The notes under the pieces were generated by a model, which searched no databases, was not told the DNA's origin, and saw nothing but the letters and a program-made list of their open reading frames with translations. A stretch of 44,610 nt of DNA from Bacteroidales bacterium (GTDB taxonomy: Bacteria > Bacteroidota > Bacteroidia > Bacteroidales > CAIWKO01), in the NCBI GenBank assembly GCA_035389045.1, contig DAOORA010000034.1, positions 1-44,610 of the forward strand. Reading direction: 5' to 3'. Of the stretch, positions 10,101 to 18,889 are shown piece by piece (the first letter of the stretch is position 1; each line of letters starts with the position of its first letter). A program made the translations under genes and the position numbers.

Positions 10101-11022
10101 TGTGCTTATAGAAAATGATGCAGGCGGCAATGCACAAAATTATTATGTATATGGATTGGGACTGATAAGCCGCATTAAACCTGATAATACGACAAGGTAT
10201 TATGTATATGACTACAGAGGAAGTACTGTTGCTATGGTTGATGCTACCACCAGCGCCAATGTTACCCACAAATACCAATACGATGACTTTGGAAAAGTGT
10301 TGCAATTGCAGGAAGCGGATTACAACCCTTTCCGATATATTGGCAGGTATGGAGTAATGTATGAAGACAGTACCTTACAGTATATGCGAGCAAGATATTA
10401 CGACCCGACAATTGGAAGATTTTTAAGTGAAGACCCAATTTGGAACACGAATTTATACCTGTACGCAGATAACAATCCGATAACATCTATTGACCCTGCT
10501 GGAAAGGATGCCTTTTCTGATATTGTCAATTCGGTAAACGAAGTGTATCAACAATATGGAAATATAAAAAATGCTATGGATTTTGTTAAGTTCCTAAAAA
10601 CTATAAAAAGAGCAAAAAAAGCGATTAACCTTGGTAAAAAAGCCTTACGTTTATTAGAAGTTAGTTCATTAGATGCAATTTCGGCAAGCATTGATACAGA
10701 ACTTGGACAATATGTGATAACTGGCGCAGAAGGAGCTTTAAAATCATTCAATTATTTAATAAATGCCCCTAAATCAGAATGGGCTGATTTGATACAAAAA
10801 ATAAAAGATGGGTGGAATAGAAATAAAAATAACCCAGCTTTTTGGAGAGCTGTTGGCAAGGGTTTAATATCAGGTGAGGCATTTAAAGAAGGTTGGCAAA
10901 ACAATTTAATGTTGTATAGGAGCATTTGTCAAGCATTTAATAATGCATTACCTGTTCCAATATTAACACCTGTTTGTCCTGATAATAGAAACAAAACAAT
11001 AATTGGGGGAGCTGGTGATTAA
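4174..11022 (+). CDS. Secreted Rhs/YD-repeat protein with FN3-like, CUB, SLH-like and DUF6531-like domains and a variable C-terminus
   Basis: Sec signal peptide ending LLFG|Q; FN3-like LNGTVNPNG..Y.FEYG x2; CUB (CSGTTTL..GGFEDGS..YVNNSECYWLI); SLH-like ITRAQLAK and FRPNDDCRRDEAF; TGNF..PGR..LDFDFTYNS..LGKAWSHTY; many YD repeats; Rhs core ARYYDPTIGRFLSEDP...NNPITSIDPAG. Confidence 0.92.
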   Translation: MKQKIILFISILLIVNFNLLFGQTYSSNPSVGNWVGCSSGNITGSGCSYTFYGGYFDLEVSYINNSSGVITFTVEPCAGTMNNCVFYLKESTSSSINAIVCGTPYPTSGATIPAGSTSFDYDFSPSFTSGTKYYSVVILVSGSVRAYTNPISITASSGSAPTVNTTNASLITTNAAKLNGTVNPNGLSTAYTFQYGTSTSYGSNTTITNIGSGTSTLSEYANITGLSANTEYHYRIVASNSVGTNYGDDVTFYTLLQNFNLISPGTSSQPGVTISSLTPTFTWDYVNNATAYAIVVTDLSNNSNVISTNVGLNTSYTVSTGVLQTNKNYKWQVGVNVGGNLVMSNILYFNTNFPLPVVTTTAATNVGTSSATLNGTVNPNGYSTSYSFEYGTTTSYGYTTSTVNAGSGTSAQSVNASISSLLTSTTYHYRIKATNTYGTVYGSDMTFTTGTPAPTYTYSPDIGSFTICGTGTMTLNSINYSGCYSVAGTTSYLQGNVHVSLISHNAGTGAMTFRFQKCSGYFTNGTSGKLFIRQGPDVYCGNYSISNTSTSYVDLTINYTPIVFYGLRDFEAFLITSTQQTYLYAGTIAITGIDPNNNITVTNPTNSSIWNTGSAYNITWNDNISENVKIRLSKGGMYVLTIATSTPSNGTYSWTPPNSLATGNDYMILIESVNNSSIIGSSPYFTINGQEPYCSGTTTLTASSGGFEDGSTLNNYVNNSECYWLIQPTGASSITLTFTSFSTETTNDIVRVYDGSTTAAPLLGTYSGTTIPSPINSTGSSMLVSFITDGSTTSDGWTATYTSTGTSPSLVLWSTQGFGQTDLYVGTQYNFSATIKNTGTTSWTGCFFLKQGATDWVPVSSTTIAAGSTANISGTFTPTTPGNNLALTLNYQTACINNGSPVSAGNYSNPIFVNVIGTPTSCTFNDCTSPTNCGGTTYEDDTYTAVQYLCSHHIVKGINDSVYPAGKITRAQLAKITLYGVFGDSLNVPSPLVSDYFPSPYADLQTTSTYYYQAALALLYLDYGDGITPFDRDRFWFDPSGTIKRKYVMKVLLEAFNIAPSTSTASVFNDFYPGEQFYGYAKKAKELGITDASYFRPNDDCRRDEAFLFLYRLINQGLPTINNTLNPATSSFFIPFNMSIAGMNGNKGMETGNFNNYTKSCFAIPGRNMSLDFDFTYNSYLTEMPSELYPLEPLGKAWSHTYNMYLNFIYGPTVYDTKFAIHMPDGSLLIYTLDSLAYAQSGVINFLPETIGNYNTLTNISPTKYELKTKSQVVYTFQKLGSNDIAFMLTSIKDRNNNAVTIDYTSGEPYLVPGTMATYKDTRKITSVTDPANRSLQFSYNSGSNLIKSITDPLNTSPRVIQFNYSNNQLSAYTDAKGQNTLYTYGTGDTASFLLKTIQLPKGNIITNQYFQRKLTSTKYNNNSPTTIAHNPNYVAGNNNYYKSTVTVPQQGTQNVVANFELNKNGNITKMDGNNALDISTSYNDANNQMLPSGITNNLNNVTVTPTYDQYGNVTQMVTSGNGITTTESFQYNALNDLTEHTDANGHSTYYYYTSGNLTKVTDALGNETNITNNGYGQPTSVTNPSNVTVNIGYNSYGNNNSVNIPSLGLSASMNYDPVSRMTSATNFGGQTSTYTYDVNDNLLTEKDAANNTTSYLYDQNDNLTSITNAKGYATTFNYDFNTDWLLSESFQGATKTYTYNSDGSLKTFKNPNNATLNYSYDEAGRLTNDGYASYTYLSNGNLSSITKDGKAINFSYDGLNRVSSTTYDGKTVSYTYDNVGNVLTMTYPGNKTVTYTYDATNKLKTVTDWNSQTTNYYYRPDGQLDYMVYPNNVKTAYTFDAAGRPTAMSTKRNNGSGTAIAEYTFTLDPLGNHTQEAITEQYTSYQAIANQTTNYNYNNANRILNAGSTSFGFDNNGNTTSKTGYTYAYDVLNNLTSVSGNLNATYAYDGAGNRREASRSGVVTKYVLDILGMSNVLIENDAGGNAQNYYVYGLGLISRIKPDNTTRYYVYDYRGSTVAMVDATTSANVTHKYQYDDFGKVLQLQEADYNPFRYIGRYGVMYEDSTLQYMRARYYDPTIGRFLSEDPIWNTNLYLYADNNPITSIDPAGKDAFSDIVNSVNEVYQQYGNIKNAMDFVKFLKTIKRAKKAINLGKKALRLLEVSSLDAISASIDTELGQYVITGAEGALKSFNYLINAPKSEWADLIQKIKDGWNRNKNNPAFWRAVGKGLISGEAFKEGWQNNLMLYRSICQAFNNALPVPILTPVCPDNRNKTIIGGAGD

Positions 11023-11078
11023 TGCCCTAAATACCTTTCAATATCTTCAAAAAAAACAATCATCTTAAAATAATATTT

Positions 11079-14000
11079 ATGAAAAAACAAATAATCTTTT
11101 TATTTTCTTTATTATTTTTTCAATTCAATTACGCCCAAAACAATAATTATCAATACGATAATTTAAACAGGTTAAACAAAACTACTTATTACAACGGCAC
11201 AACCTACGATTATGGCTACGACCAGTTGGGCAACCGTATTTACAAAATAATAAGTGGAAGCATACAACAAACAACTGATTTGGTTGTACAGAATCAGTCG
11301 CTGGGGCAAACCACTTTTGCTGCCGGAGCAACGGTAAGTGTAACTTGTCAGGTTGCCAACACAGGTAACGGCAGCGCAGGCGGCAATTATACTAAATTTT
11401 ATCTGTCGGCAAACCAAACCTATGAGCAAGGTACAGATGTTGAAATTGGCTCTGATTATAAAACCTCTGTAGCGCCATCGGGCTATAACCAGATAAGTAC
11501 TTCTATAACAATACCCGCAGGCACAGCGCCCGGCGCCTGGCATATTCTGTTTTATACCGATGCAGCTTCAATGGTCAGCGAATCAGATGAAAACAACAAT
11601 ATTGCTGTGGTAGCTGTTACTGTGGTAAATTGTTCAGCCATTCAAATAAATAGCACATTTGCAAATGCCACCTGTGGGTTGAACAATGGCACTGCCAACG
11701 CCAGTGTCAGCGGAGGTAATGCCCCATATACATATAATTGGAGTAACGGTCAGCATAATGCGAATATCAGCGGGCTGGCAGCAGGAAATTATATTGTAAC
11801 GGTCAGCGATTTTTACGGTTGTTTGCAAACATCAACGGTCACAATTAATGCCACTACTACACCTGTAATCAGCATATCATCAACTCAGGCAACCTGTGGT
11901 TCGAATAATGGAACAGCTTCCACATCGGTAAGCGGAGGGTCAGCACCTTATACTTATCATTGGAATACGGGTCAGAGCACAGCAAGCATCAGCAATCTGG
12001 CTGCAGGAACCTATTCGGTAACCGTTACGGATGCATATTCTTGTTCTGTAAACAGCAGTATTACGGTGACAACTCCCGGGAATCTTATAGCTTCGTTATT
12101 ACCAACCAGTCCATCCTGTGGCGACAGTAACGGTGTACTATCAGTAACCGTAAACGGAGGCACACAGCCATATGCCTTTTTATGGAATAATGGCCAAACA
12201 GCCCAGACAGCAATTAACTTAACTGCCGGTTCATACTCGGTAACGGTAACTGATTCAAACAACTGTTCCTTTGTGGAAAGTATAAATCTTTCATCCGTCA
12301 ACAATATGTCTGTTACATTCACTTCGCAAAATGCCACTTGCGGCATTGCCAATGGGACCGCAACTGCCTTCGCCACAAACGGTACCGCACCCTATTCGTA
12401 CCACTGGAGCAACGGACAGAATACCCAAACTGCCACGGGACTTGCTGCCGGCGCATACAACATAACTATTACGGATGCAAATAATTGCAGCATTGTTTCA
12501 TATACAACCATCAATGCAACACAACCGCCTATGGTTTCTGCATCTTCCACACCAACCGCTTGCAATGCTTCAACAGGAACAGCAACAGCCATTGTGACTA
12601 ATGGGACTCCTGCATATTCTTATTTGTGGAGCAATGGGCAAACTACACCAACCGCCACAGGATTGGGAGCAGGATCATATTCGGTTACTGTCACTGACAG
12701 TAATGGATGTAATACAAATTCAATTGTTGATGTAATCTATCAAAATCAGAATTTTTCCCCAATAATACCGACAACCGGCTTAGTGGCATATTATCCTTTC
12801 AACGGCAACGCCAATGATGAAAGTGGTAATGGCAATGATGGAACTACCTATGGGCCAACCCCTGCCAGTGATCGTTTTGGTAATGCATACAGCGCATATA
12901 GTTTTGACGGAGTTGATGATAATATCATTGTCGGGAATTCTGCAATATTCCCTCAAAATGCAATTTCAATTTGTTACTGGATAAACAGAAATGGCAATGT
13001 TCCTTCATCACTTGAAAATTACATTTCAAAAGAATCTGCATTTCAGTCTTATATTAAAAGCAATTTAAAATTTGAAAGCGGTTTATGGAAAGGTACTCCT
13101 GGTGTATGGTCGGGTTATGAGAATAAAGATGCTCTGCAGATCAATTCGGAATGGGTATTCTATTCTTTTACATTTGACAATGCATCACATCTGGCAAGCA
13201 TTTACATTAATGGTATATTAGATACCACATATTCTGAATCTGATCCAAGTGCGATTGTCAGAACATCAGGTTCCAATATGTACATTGGCCGTAATGGCAG
13301 TACTGGCGTTTATTTTATAAAAGGCTTGATGGACGATATAAGAATATATGATAGGGCGTTAATTGGTTCCGAGATTCTGGCTCTGTTCAATGAAAATGGA
13401 TGGAGTTCTTTGAATCAAGGATTGGTTGCGAAATATCCTTTTAGTGGCAATGCCAATGATGAGAGCGGTAATGGACTGCATGGAACAGTTCATAATAATG
13501 TTACTTTAACTGAAGATCGGTTTGGAAATCAAAATTCGGCTTACCTGTTTGGAGGCGGAACATATGATTGGATTGAAGTTGCACATAATTCATTGCTTAA
13601 CCTGGGGCCAAACTTTACGATATCGGCCTGGGTGAATAAATCAAATGGGTCAAATAATTTTGTAATTAATAAAGGCCGGGACATTTCATGCGGAACCTGG
13701 GCATTAGCAACAAATACAGTCGGTGTTAATGGTACTTGTGGCACAAATTCCGGCACCTTGGTGGATGTCCCATTAAATGAATGGCACATGGTTACTGGTG
13801 AATTAGATGGAACCACAGGTAAACTCAGGTTTTATATAGATTCGCAATTAATTGCTGAGGTAAATTCATCTGCCTTCACTGCCAATAATAATTATCCTGT
13901 AGCTATCGGAAGACATTGTACTGACCAAGCTTGCGGCTCTTCATATCCTTATCCATTTAAAGGTAAAATTGATGACATTCTGATTTACAATAGACCTTTA

Positions 14001-17000
14001 AGCCAATCAGAAATAAATCAATTATATCAAGGAACATCAATATCCGCTGAACCACTTAATGTTTCCCTTGGTAATGATACAACGATTTGTGCAAATCAAG
14101 CCTTTGCATTAGATGCCGGAACAGGTTTCAACAGTTACATCTGGTCAAACAGTGAAACATCCCAGACGTTAGATATTTCCGGATTAAATCCAGGGATACA
14201 TACCTATGCCGTTACCGTTTCCGCTTGTGGCACAACCGCTTCAGATACGGTTACTATAAACATAGCTCCTTTACCTGCTGGTGGAGGAAATATTACAGGA
14301 CTGACCAGTGTTTGCCAGGGACAAAACGCTGTAACTTATACTGTATCTGCAATTGCTGATGCCACCTCATATATCTGGACATTACCACAGGGAGTAACGG
14401 GTACAAGTTCCACAGATAGCATTACGGTGAATTTTGGTCCCTCAGCAGTTTCGGGAAACATTGAAGTAAAAGGGCATAATGGCTGTGGTGACGGGCCTGT
14501 GTCATTACTTACCGTTACGGTCAATAGTTCACCTGTTGCGGGCGCATTCACTTCGCAAAATGCCACATGCGGCATTGCCAATGGTACCGCAACTGCCTTC
14601 AGCACAGACGGTACCGCGCCCTATTCGTATTACTGGAGCAACGGACAGAATACACAAACAGCAACGGGGCTTGCCGCCGGCGCATACAACATAACTATTA
14701 CCGATGCCAATAATTGCAGCATTGTTTCTCAAACAACCGTCAATGCAACACAACCGCCAACGGTTACTGTATCTTCCACACCAACTGCCTGCAATGCTTC
14801 AACAGGAACAGCAACAGCCAATGTGACTAATGGGACTCCTGCATATTCTTATTTGTGGAGCAATGGGCAAACCACTCAAACCGCGACTGGCTTAGGGGCA
14901 GGAACGTATTATGTTACTCTTACAGATGGAAGCGGATGTATACAGAATAATACTATTATAATACAGTACCAAACCTCGCCAACTTTTTCTAATACTCTTT
15001 TACCTCAGAATAAAATATTTTATGCGGCAAAACCAAAAGGGAAAAATTATTATTCTATTTACTCTATGAATTTTGATGGAACAGGCAGAAATACTTTGTT
15101 TAATGATAATTACCATAGGCGTGGTCCAAAAATTTCTTCGGATAGAAAGAAAATATATTATACTAGAAGAAAATTAGAACAAGTTCAGGAAGGGGATAGC
15201 GTGTGGATTTGTCGATCGAATTTGGATGGGTCGAACGAAGAATTGCTATGGTTCTATCAAAACTATACAAATTATTCAATAGATTATGAAATTTCATTAT
15301 CACCCGATAATCAAAAACTACTATACAAGACAATTAATGGTCAAAATAGAAATGGTGATATTTATGAATTAAACTTAAGTACGTATGTCTCTACAAATTT
15401 GACAAATGATGATGATTGGTTTGAAAAATGCCCTACTTACTCTCCTTCAGGTAATGAAATAATTTTTTGCCAATACGGAACAACCTGGTATGCCGATCCT
15501 TTATACATGTATAAGATTAACGCTAGTGGCTCCAATAGAAGATTATTTGTTCCTTATATTACGCCAGGTCAATATCAATTTCCACACTATTCACCAAATG
15601 GTAAAAAAATTCTTTATGAGTTCGAAAACAATTGGGGTCCGTTGCATCTATTTATTTGTGATACCAATGGTTCGAATAACAACCAAATAGTTCCCTCATC
15701 AGGCAACTCCAATATGATTTGGGATGCATCGATTGGGTTCTCCCCAAATGGAAATGAAGTATATATGGTTCGTAATAATAATACACAGCTTGTAATCATG
15801 GATAGTTTGGGAAATGAAATAAATACAGTCGATACAAGCGGACACAATCTTTTTTACGAATTAATCTGGACAAAAGTAAATCCTGACACCAATTTAGTTG
15901 CATATTATCCTTTTAATAATAACGCAAACGATGAAAGCGGACATGGGCATGACGGAACGGTAAATAATGCAGTGTTTTCATCTTCAGGCTACGATGGCAC
16001 ATCATGTTATTTTGATGGTGATGATGATTATATATCAGTACCGCATAGCACTGATCTGAATTTACAAACTTCCCAAACCCTTAGTGCATGGGTGAACCTT
16101 AATATACCAACAGGCGATGATGAAAACTGGATATTGAAAAAGGGCGGTATTGGAAGCGCATGGCCAAGTTGGGGAATGTGTGTTACAAATCAATATAAGT
16201 TACGCTTTGTTGGAAGTAATGGTTCGTGGATTACATGCAACGACTCTAATAGTTTTCCAAGCAATACATGGGTAAATGTTGTTTCAACCGTTGAACCCTA
16301 TCAAAATGGAGTGAAAATTAAATTATATGTAAACGGTCAGTTACATGCCGAAACCAATAATGCAAATATATTAGGAACGAATACCAGTAACTTGTTAATT
16401 GGCACATATGGTGGTGGTACCTGGGGCTGTCCTTATGGATATTTTGATGATATAGCTATATATAACAGAGCCCTGACTGCTAGTGAAGTTTTGCAACTTT
16501 ATCAGGGTTCCGGCACAATCTCAAGTATTGCAGTGAACCTTGGACAAGATACGACAATTTGTTCAAATCAAGCAATTGCATTAGATGCCGGAGCAGGTTT
16601 CAATAGCTACATCTGGTCAAACAGCGAAACTTCCCAAATATTAGATATATCAGGATTAAACCCAGGAATGCATTCCTACGCAGTTACAGTTTCTGCTTGT
16701 GGAACTACCGTTTCAGATACGGTTAATATAAACATATCACCCCTGCCTGCGTATGGTGCTAGCATTACAGGCCCGACCAGTGTGTGCCAGGGGCAAAACG
16801 CAGTAACTTATACTATTCCGGCAATTCCCAATGCAACCTCATATATCTGGACATTACCACAGGGAGCAACGGGTACAAGTTCCACAGATAGCATTACGGT
16901 GAATTTTGGCGCCTCAGCAGTTACAGGAAACATTGAAGTAAAAGGGCATAATGGCTGTGGTGACGGGCCGGTGTCCATACTTACCGTTACGGTCAATAGT

Positions 17001-18575
17001 TCTCCTGTTGCCGAAGCCGGAATCAAACAAATATATTCAGAAACCCCTGTCCAGATCGGTTCCCCTGCAAATGGTCCCGGAACAATAAGCTGGCTTCCGG
17101 CTGCCGGTCTTAATAATGCTTCGGTTGCCCAGCCATTGGCCTCTCCCTCCGCCACAACGGTATATACCATTACGGCCAACAATAATGGTTGTATTGCCAC
17201 CGATACCGTCACCGTAATATTTTTTGGTGGTTATACAATAAGCGGGAAAACGCAATATCTGGGCAAAGCTAATGCCGGCAACCCTGTACCCAGCCAACCC
17301 ACATATAACCCTGTTATTTATAACATTGATAATGTAATAGTCCGGCTGATAAATCAATCTTCAGGTCAGGAAATCGCCTGCGACACCAGCGACGAACTTG
17401 GTTCTTATCAATTTACCGGTGTTCAAAATGGTAGTTATATATTGTCTTATGATAAATACACTTCTGATACTATGCTTTGGGGTAATGATATAAATGTGGT
17501 CGATGTGTCCATGCTGAAGTATTTGATTGCAAGTGATACAATGCTGGATCCTTCCAGGTGTTTCTCATCAAAGTATAAGAAAGTGGCTAACGTCGACAAT
17601 AACCAATATTTAAACGTTGTAGATGTTTCAAGGATAAAAACTAAGATCGCCTCTCCTTACTCGGACAGTAAAAACTTCCCCAAAGGGAACTGGGTGTCTA
17701 TAGATACGCTGATTACCCTTTCTTATTCTAATCTAAATGTGAACCTGAAGACCATCTGCTACGGCGATTACAACGCTTCCAGCACCCGATACCGTGACTC
17801 GCTTACAAACTGGAACGGCACCAAATCTGTTTCTTCCAATATTATTGTTCTTACCGATGAATTATTAACCACCAGCGCCCCATCATATTTTGAAGTGCCT
17901 TTGCGCATCAGCAGCAAAATGAATGAGTTTTCAGCTTTGGGCCTTGAATTGACTTATCCGGGAACGCATTACAAACTGGTGAGTGTTTCATTGCCGAAAG
18001 CCATAAAGAAAAATGGTTCACTCAAAATAAATCCCGGTCTGGAGGAAATTATCAACAGTGATGATGACCTTCTGGTTACGGATGAAGACGGAATTATCCG
18101 GGTGGTGTATGCAACAACAAGTCATTTTGATGTAGCTGCTAAAGACGAATTGATCGTTTTGGGGTTCCGCACACTCAGCAATATCAGCCGGGGAACTCTT
18201 GATTTTGACTTATCAGGCACCGGTGTCATTGCCAATCAGTACGGGCAGGTAAACGAAGATGCCTGGTTAATGATGCCCAGAATATTTATTCAGGGTAATA
18301 ACACTAATGAAGGATTTAATTTCACAGGATATCCCAACCCATTCGGAGGCAATGCCACGCTGACGTACGATCTGCCTGAAGACGGAACAGTAAATCTGAA
18401 CGTTTACAATGCCATCGGAGAATTGGTTGCCGTCCTTGTGAATGAATCACAGCTCAGCGGGAGGCATGTGGTTGAATTTTTAGGTAAAGATCTGCCCGTT
18501 GGCATGTATAGTTTTAAACTCGAATTTGAAGGTCCTGGAAGTTCGGAACATGCTGTCCTGAAGATGATCAAGTAG
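11079..18575 (+). CDS. Giant T9SS type-A cargo: N-terminal YD unit, CARDB, SprB repeats, 3 LamG, TolB-like propeller, PKD-like, dockerin-like, cohesin-like, CTD
   Basis: Signal peptide; YQYDNLNRL..YGYDQLGNR; CARDB (DLVV..VSESDENNN); SprB repeats (ATCG..NG.A..SGG..PY.Y.WSNG); LamG (LVAYYPFNGNANDESGNG..DDIRIYDRAL); SPDNQK/SPSGNE/SPNGKK propeller blades; CTD GYPNPF..VYNAIGELV..LPVGMY..KMIK. Confidence 0.9.
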   Translation: MKKQIIFLFSLLFFQFNYAQNNNYQYDNLNRLNKTTYYNGTTYDYGYDQLGNRIYKIISGSIQQTTDLVVQNQSLGQTTFAAGATVSVTCQVANTGNGSAGGNYTKFYLSANQTYEQGTDVEIGSDYKTSVAPSGYNQISTSITIPAGTAPGAWHILFYTDAASMVSESDENNNIAVVAVTVVNCSAIQINSTFANATCGLNNGTANASVSGGNAPYTYNWSNGQHNANISGLAAGNYIVTVSDFYGCLQTSTVTINATTTPVISISSTQATCGSNNGTASTSVSGGSAPYTYHWNTGQSTASISNLAAGTYSVTVTDAYSCSVNSSITVTTPGNLIASLLPTSPSCGDSNGVLSVTVNGGTQPYAFLWNNGQTAQTAINLTAGSYSVTVTDSNNCSFVESINLSSVNNMSVTFTSQNATCGIANGTATAFATNGTAPYSYHWSNGQNTQTATGLAAGAYNITITDANNCSIVSYTTINATQPPMVSASSTPTACNASTGTATAIVTNGTPAYSYLWSNGQTTPTATGLGAGSYSVTVTDSNGCNTNSIVDVIYQNQNFSPIIPTTGLVAYYPFNGNANDESGNGNDGTTYGPTPASDRFGNAYSAYSFDGVDDNIIVGNSAIFPQNAISICYWINRNGNVPSSLENYISKESAFQSYIKSNLKFESGLWKGTPGVWSGYENKDALQINSEWVFYSFTFDNASHLASIYINGILDTTYSESDPSAIVRTSGSNMYIGRNGSTGVYFIKGLMDDIRIYDRALIGSEILALFNENGWSSLNQGLVAKYPFSGNANDESGNGLHGTVHNNVTLTEDRFGNQNSAYLFGGGTYDWIEVAHNSLLNLGPNFTISAWVNKSNGSNNFVINKGRDISCGTWALATNTVGVNGTCGTNSGTLVDVPLNEWHMVTGELDGTTGKLRFYIDSQLIAEVNSSAFTANNNYPVAIGRHCTDQACGSSYPYPFKGKIDDILIYNRPLSQSEINQLYQGTSISAEPLNVSLGNDTTICANQAFALDAGTGFNSYIWSNSETSQTLDISGLNPGIHTYAVTVSACGTTASDTVTINIAPLPAGGGNITGLTSVCQGQNAVTYTVSAIADATSYIWTLPQGVTGTSSTDSITVNFGPSAVSGNIEVKGHNGCGDGPVSLLTVTVNSSPVAGAFTSQNATCGIANGTATAFSTDGTAPYSYYWSNGQNTQTATGLAAGAYNITITDANNCSIVSQTTVNATQPPTVTVSSTPTACNASTGTATANVTNGTPAYSYLWSNGQTTQTATGLGAGTYYVTLTDGSGCIQNNTIIIQYQTSPTFSNTLLPQNKIFYAAKPKGKNYYSIYSMNFDGTGRNTLFNDNYHRRGPKISSDRKKIYYTRRKLEQVQEGDSVWICRSNLDGSNEELLWFYQNYTNYSIDYEISLSPDNQKLLYKTINGQNRNGDIYELNLSTYVSTNLTNDDDWFEKCPTYSPSGNEIIFCQYGTTWYADPLYMYKINASGSNRRLFVPYITPGQYQFPHYSPNGKKILYEFENNWGPLHLFICDTNGSNNNQIVPSSGNSNMIWDASIGFSPNGNEVYMVRNNNTQLVIMDSLGNEINTVDTSGHNLFYELIWTKVNPDTNLVAYYPFNNNANDESGHGHDGTVNNAVFSSSGYDGTSCYFDGDDDYISVPHSTDLNLQTSQTLSAWVNLNIPTGDDENWILKKGGIGSAWPSWGMCVTNQYKLRFVGSNGSWITCNDSNSFPSNTWVNVVSTVEPYQNGVKIKLYVNGQLHAETNNANILGTNTSNLLIGTYGGGTWGCPYGYFDDIAIYNRALTASEVLQLYQGSGTISSIAVNLGQDTTICSNQAIALDAGAGFNSYIWSNSETSQILDISGLNPGMHSYAVTVSACGTTVSDTVNINISPLPAYGASITGPTSVCQGQNAVTYTIPAIPNATSYIWTLPQGATGTSSTDSITVNFGASAVTGNIEVKGHNGCGDGPVSILTVTVNSSPVAEAGIKQIYSETPVQIGSPANGPGTISWLPAAGLNNASVAQPLASPSATTVYTITANNNGCIATDTVTVIFFGGYTISGKTQYLGKANAGNPVPSQPTYNPVIYNIDNVIVRLINQSSGQEIACDTSDELGSYQFTGVQNGSYILSYDKYTSDTMLWGNDINVVDVSMLKYLIASDTMLDPSRCFSSKYKKVANVDNNQYLNVVDVSRIKTKIASPYSDSKNFPKGNWVSIDTLITLSYSNLNVNLKTICYGDYNASSTRYRDSLTNWNGTKSVSSNIIVLTDELLTTSAPSYFEVPLRISSKMNEFSALGLELTYPGTHYKLVSVSLPKAIKKNGSLKINPGLEEIINSDDDLLVTDEDGIIRVVYATTSHFDVAAKDELIVLGFRTLSNISRGTLDFDLSGTGVIANQYGQVNEDAWLMMPRIFIQGNNTNEGFNFTGYPNPFGGNATLTYDLPEDGTVNLNVYNAIGELVAVLVNESQLSGRHVVEFLGKDLPVGMYSFKLEFEGPGSSEHAVLKMIK

Positions 18576-18767
18576 TGCTTATAAATGGGGAACTTTATTT
18601 GATCGATTGAAAAATCCCGCACTGAACAATTTTTTAACCCAGATTACGCAATAGGAAAGTAGTGAACTATTGAGTAGCGCGCAGGATTGTGGGTTGAATC
18701 TGGGTAATCCCGACTTAGTAAATGTTCCTGGCAATTTTTAATTGCCGGGATTACATTTACTTTGTCG

Positions 18768-18865
18768 ATTCCGCATTAAAAATCCACATTATAAGTTATT
18801 TAAAAACAGTTAATTATACTTAATTATTCCTAATGCTACGCATTAGAAAATTCTTAATGCGGAAT
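18768..18865. repeat. Short inverted-repeat element between convergent genes (MITE-like or bidirectional terminator)
   Basis: ATTCCGCATTAAAAAT ... ATTCTTAATGCGGAAT (15/16 match) with internal hairpin CTAATGCTACGCATTAG. Further palindromes lie at 18637-18754. Confidence 0.5.
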
Positions 18866-18889
18866 TTGGGTTTCAACAGCTTCAGGGTT

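Noticed and set aside
11023..11543. Immunity gene after the Rhs toxin (including ORF 11172-11543 on the minus strand)
   Set aside because: The gap is only 56 bp, and the minus-strand ORF is an antisense shadow of the giant cargo gene.
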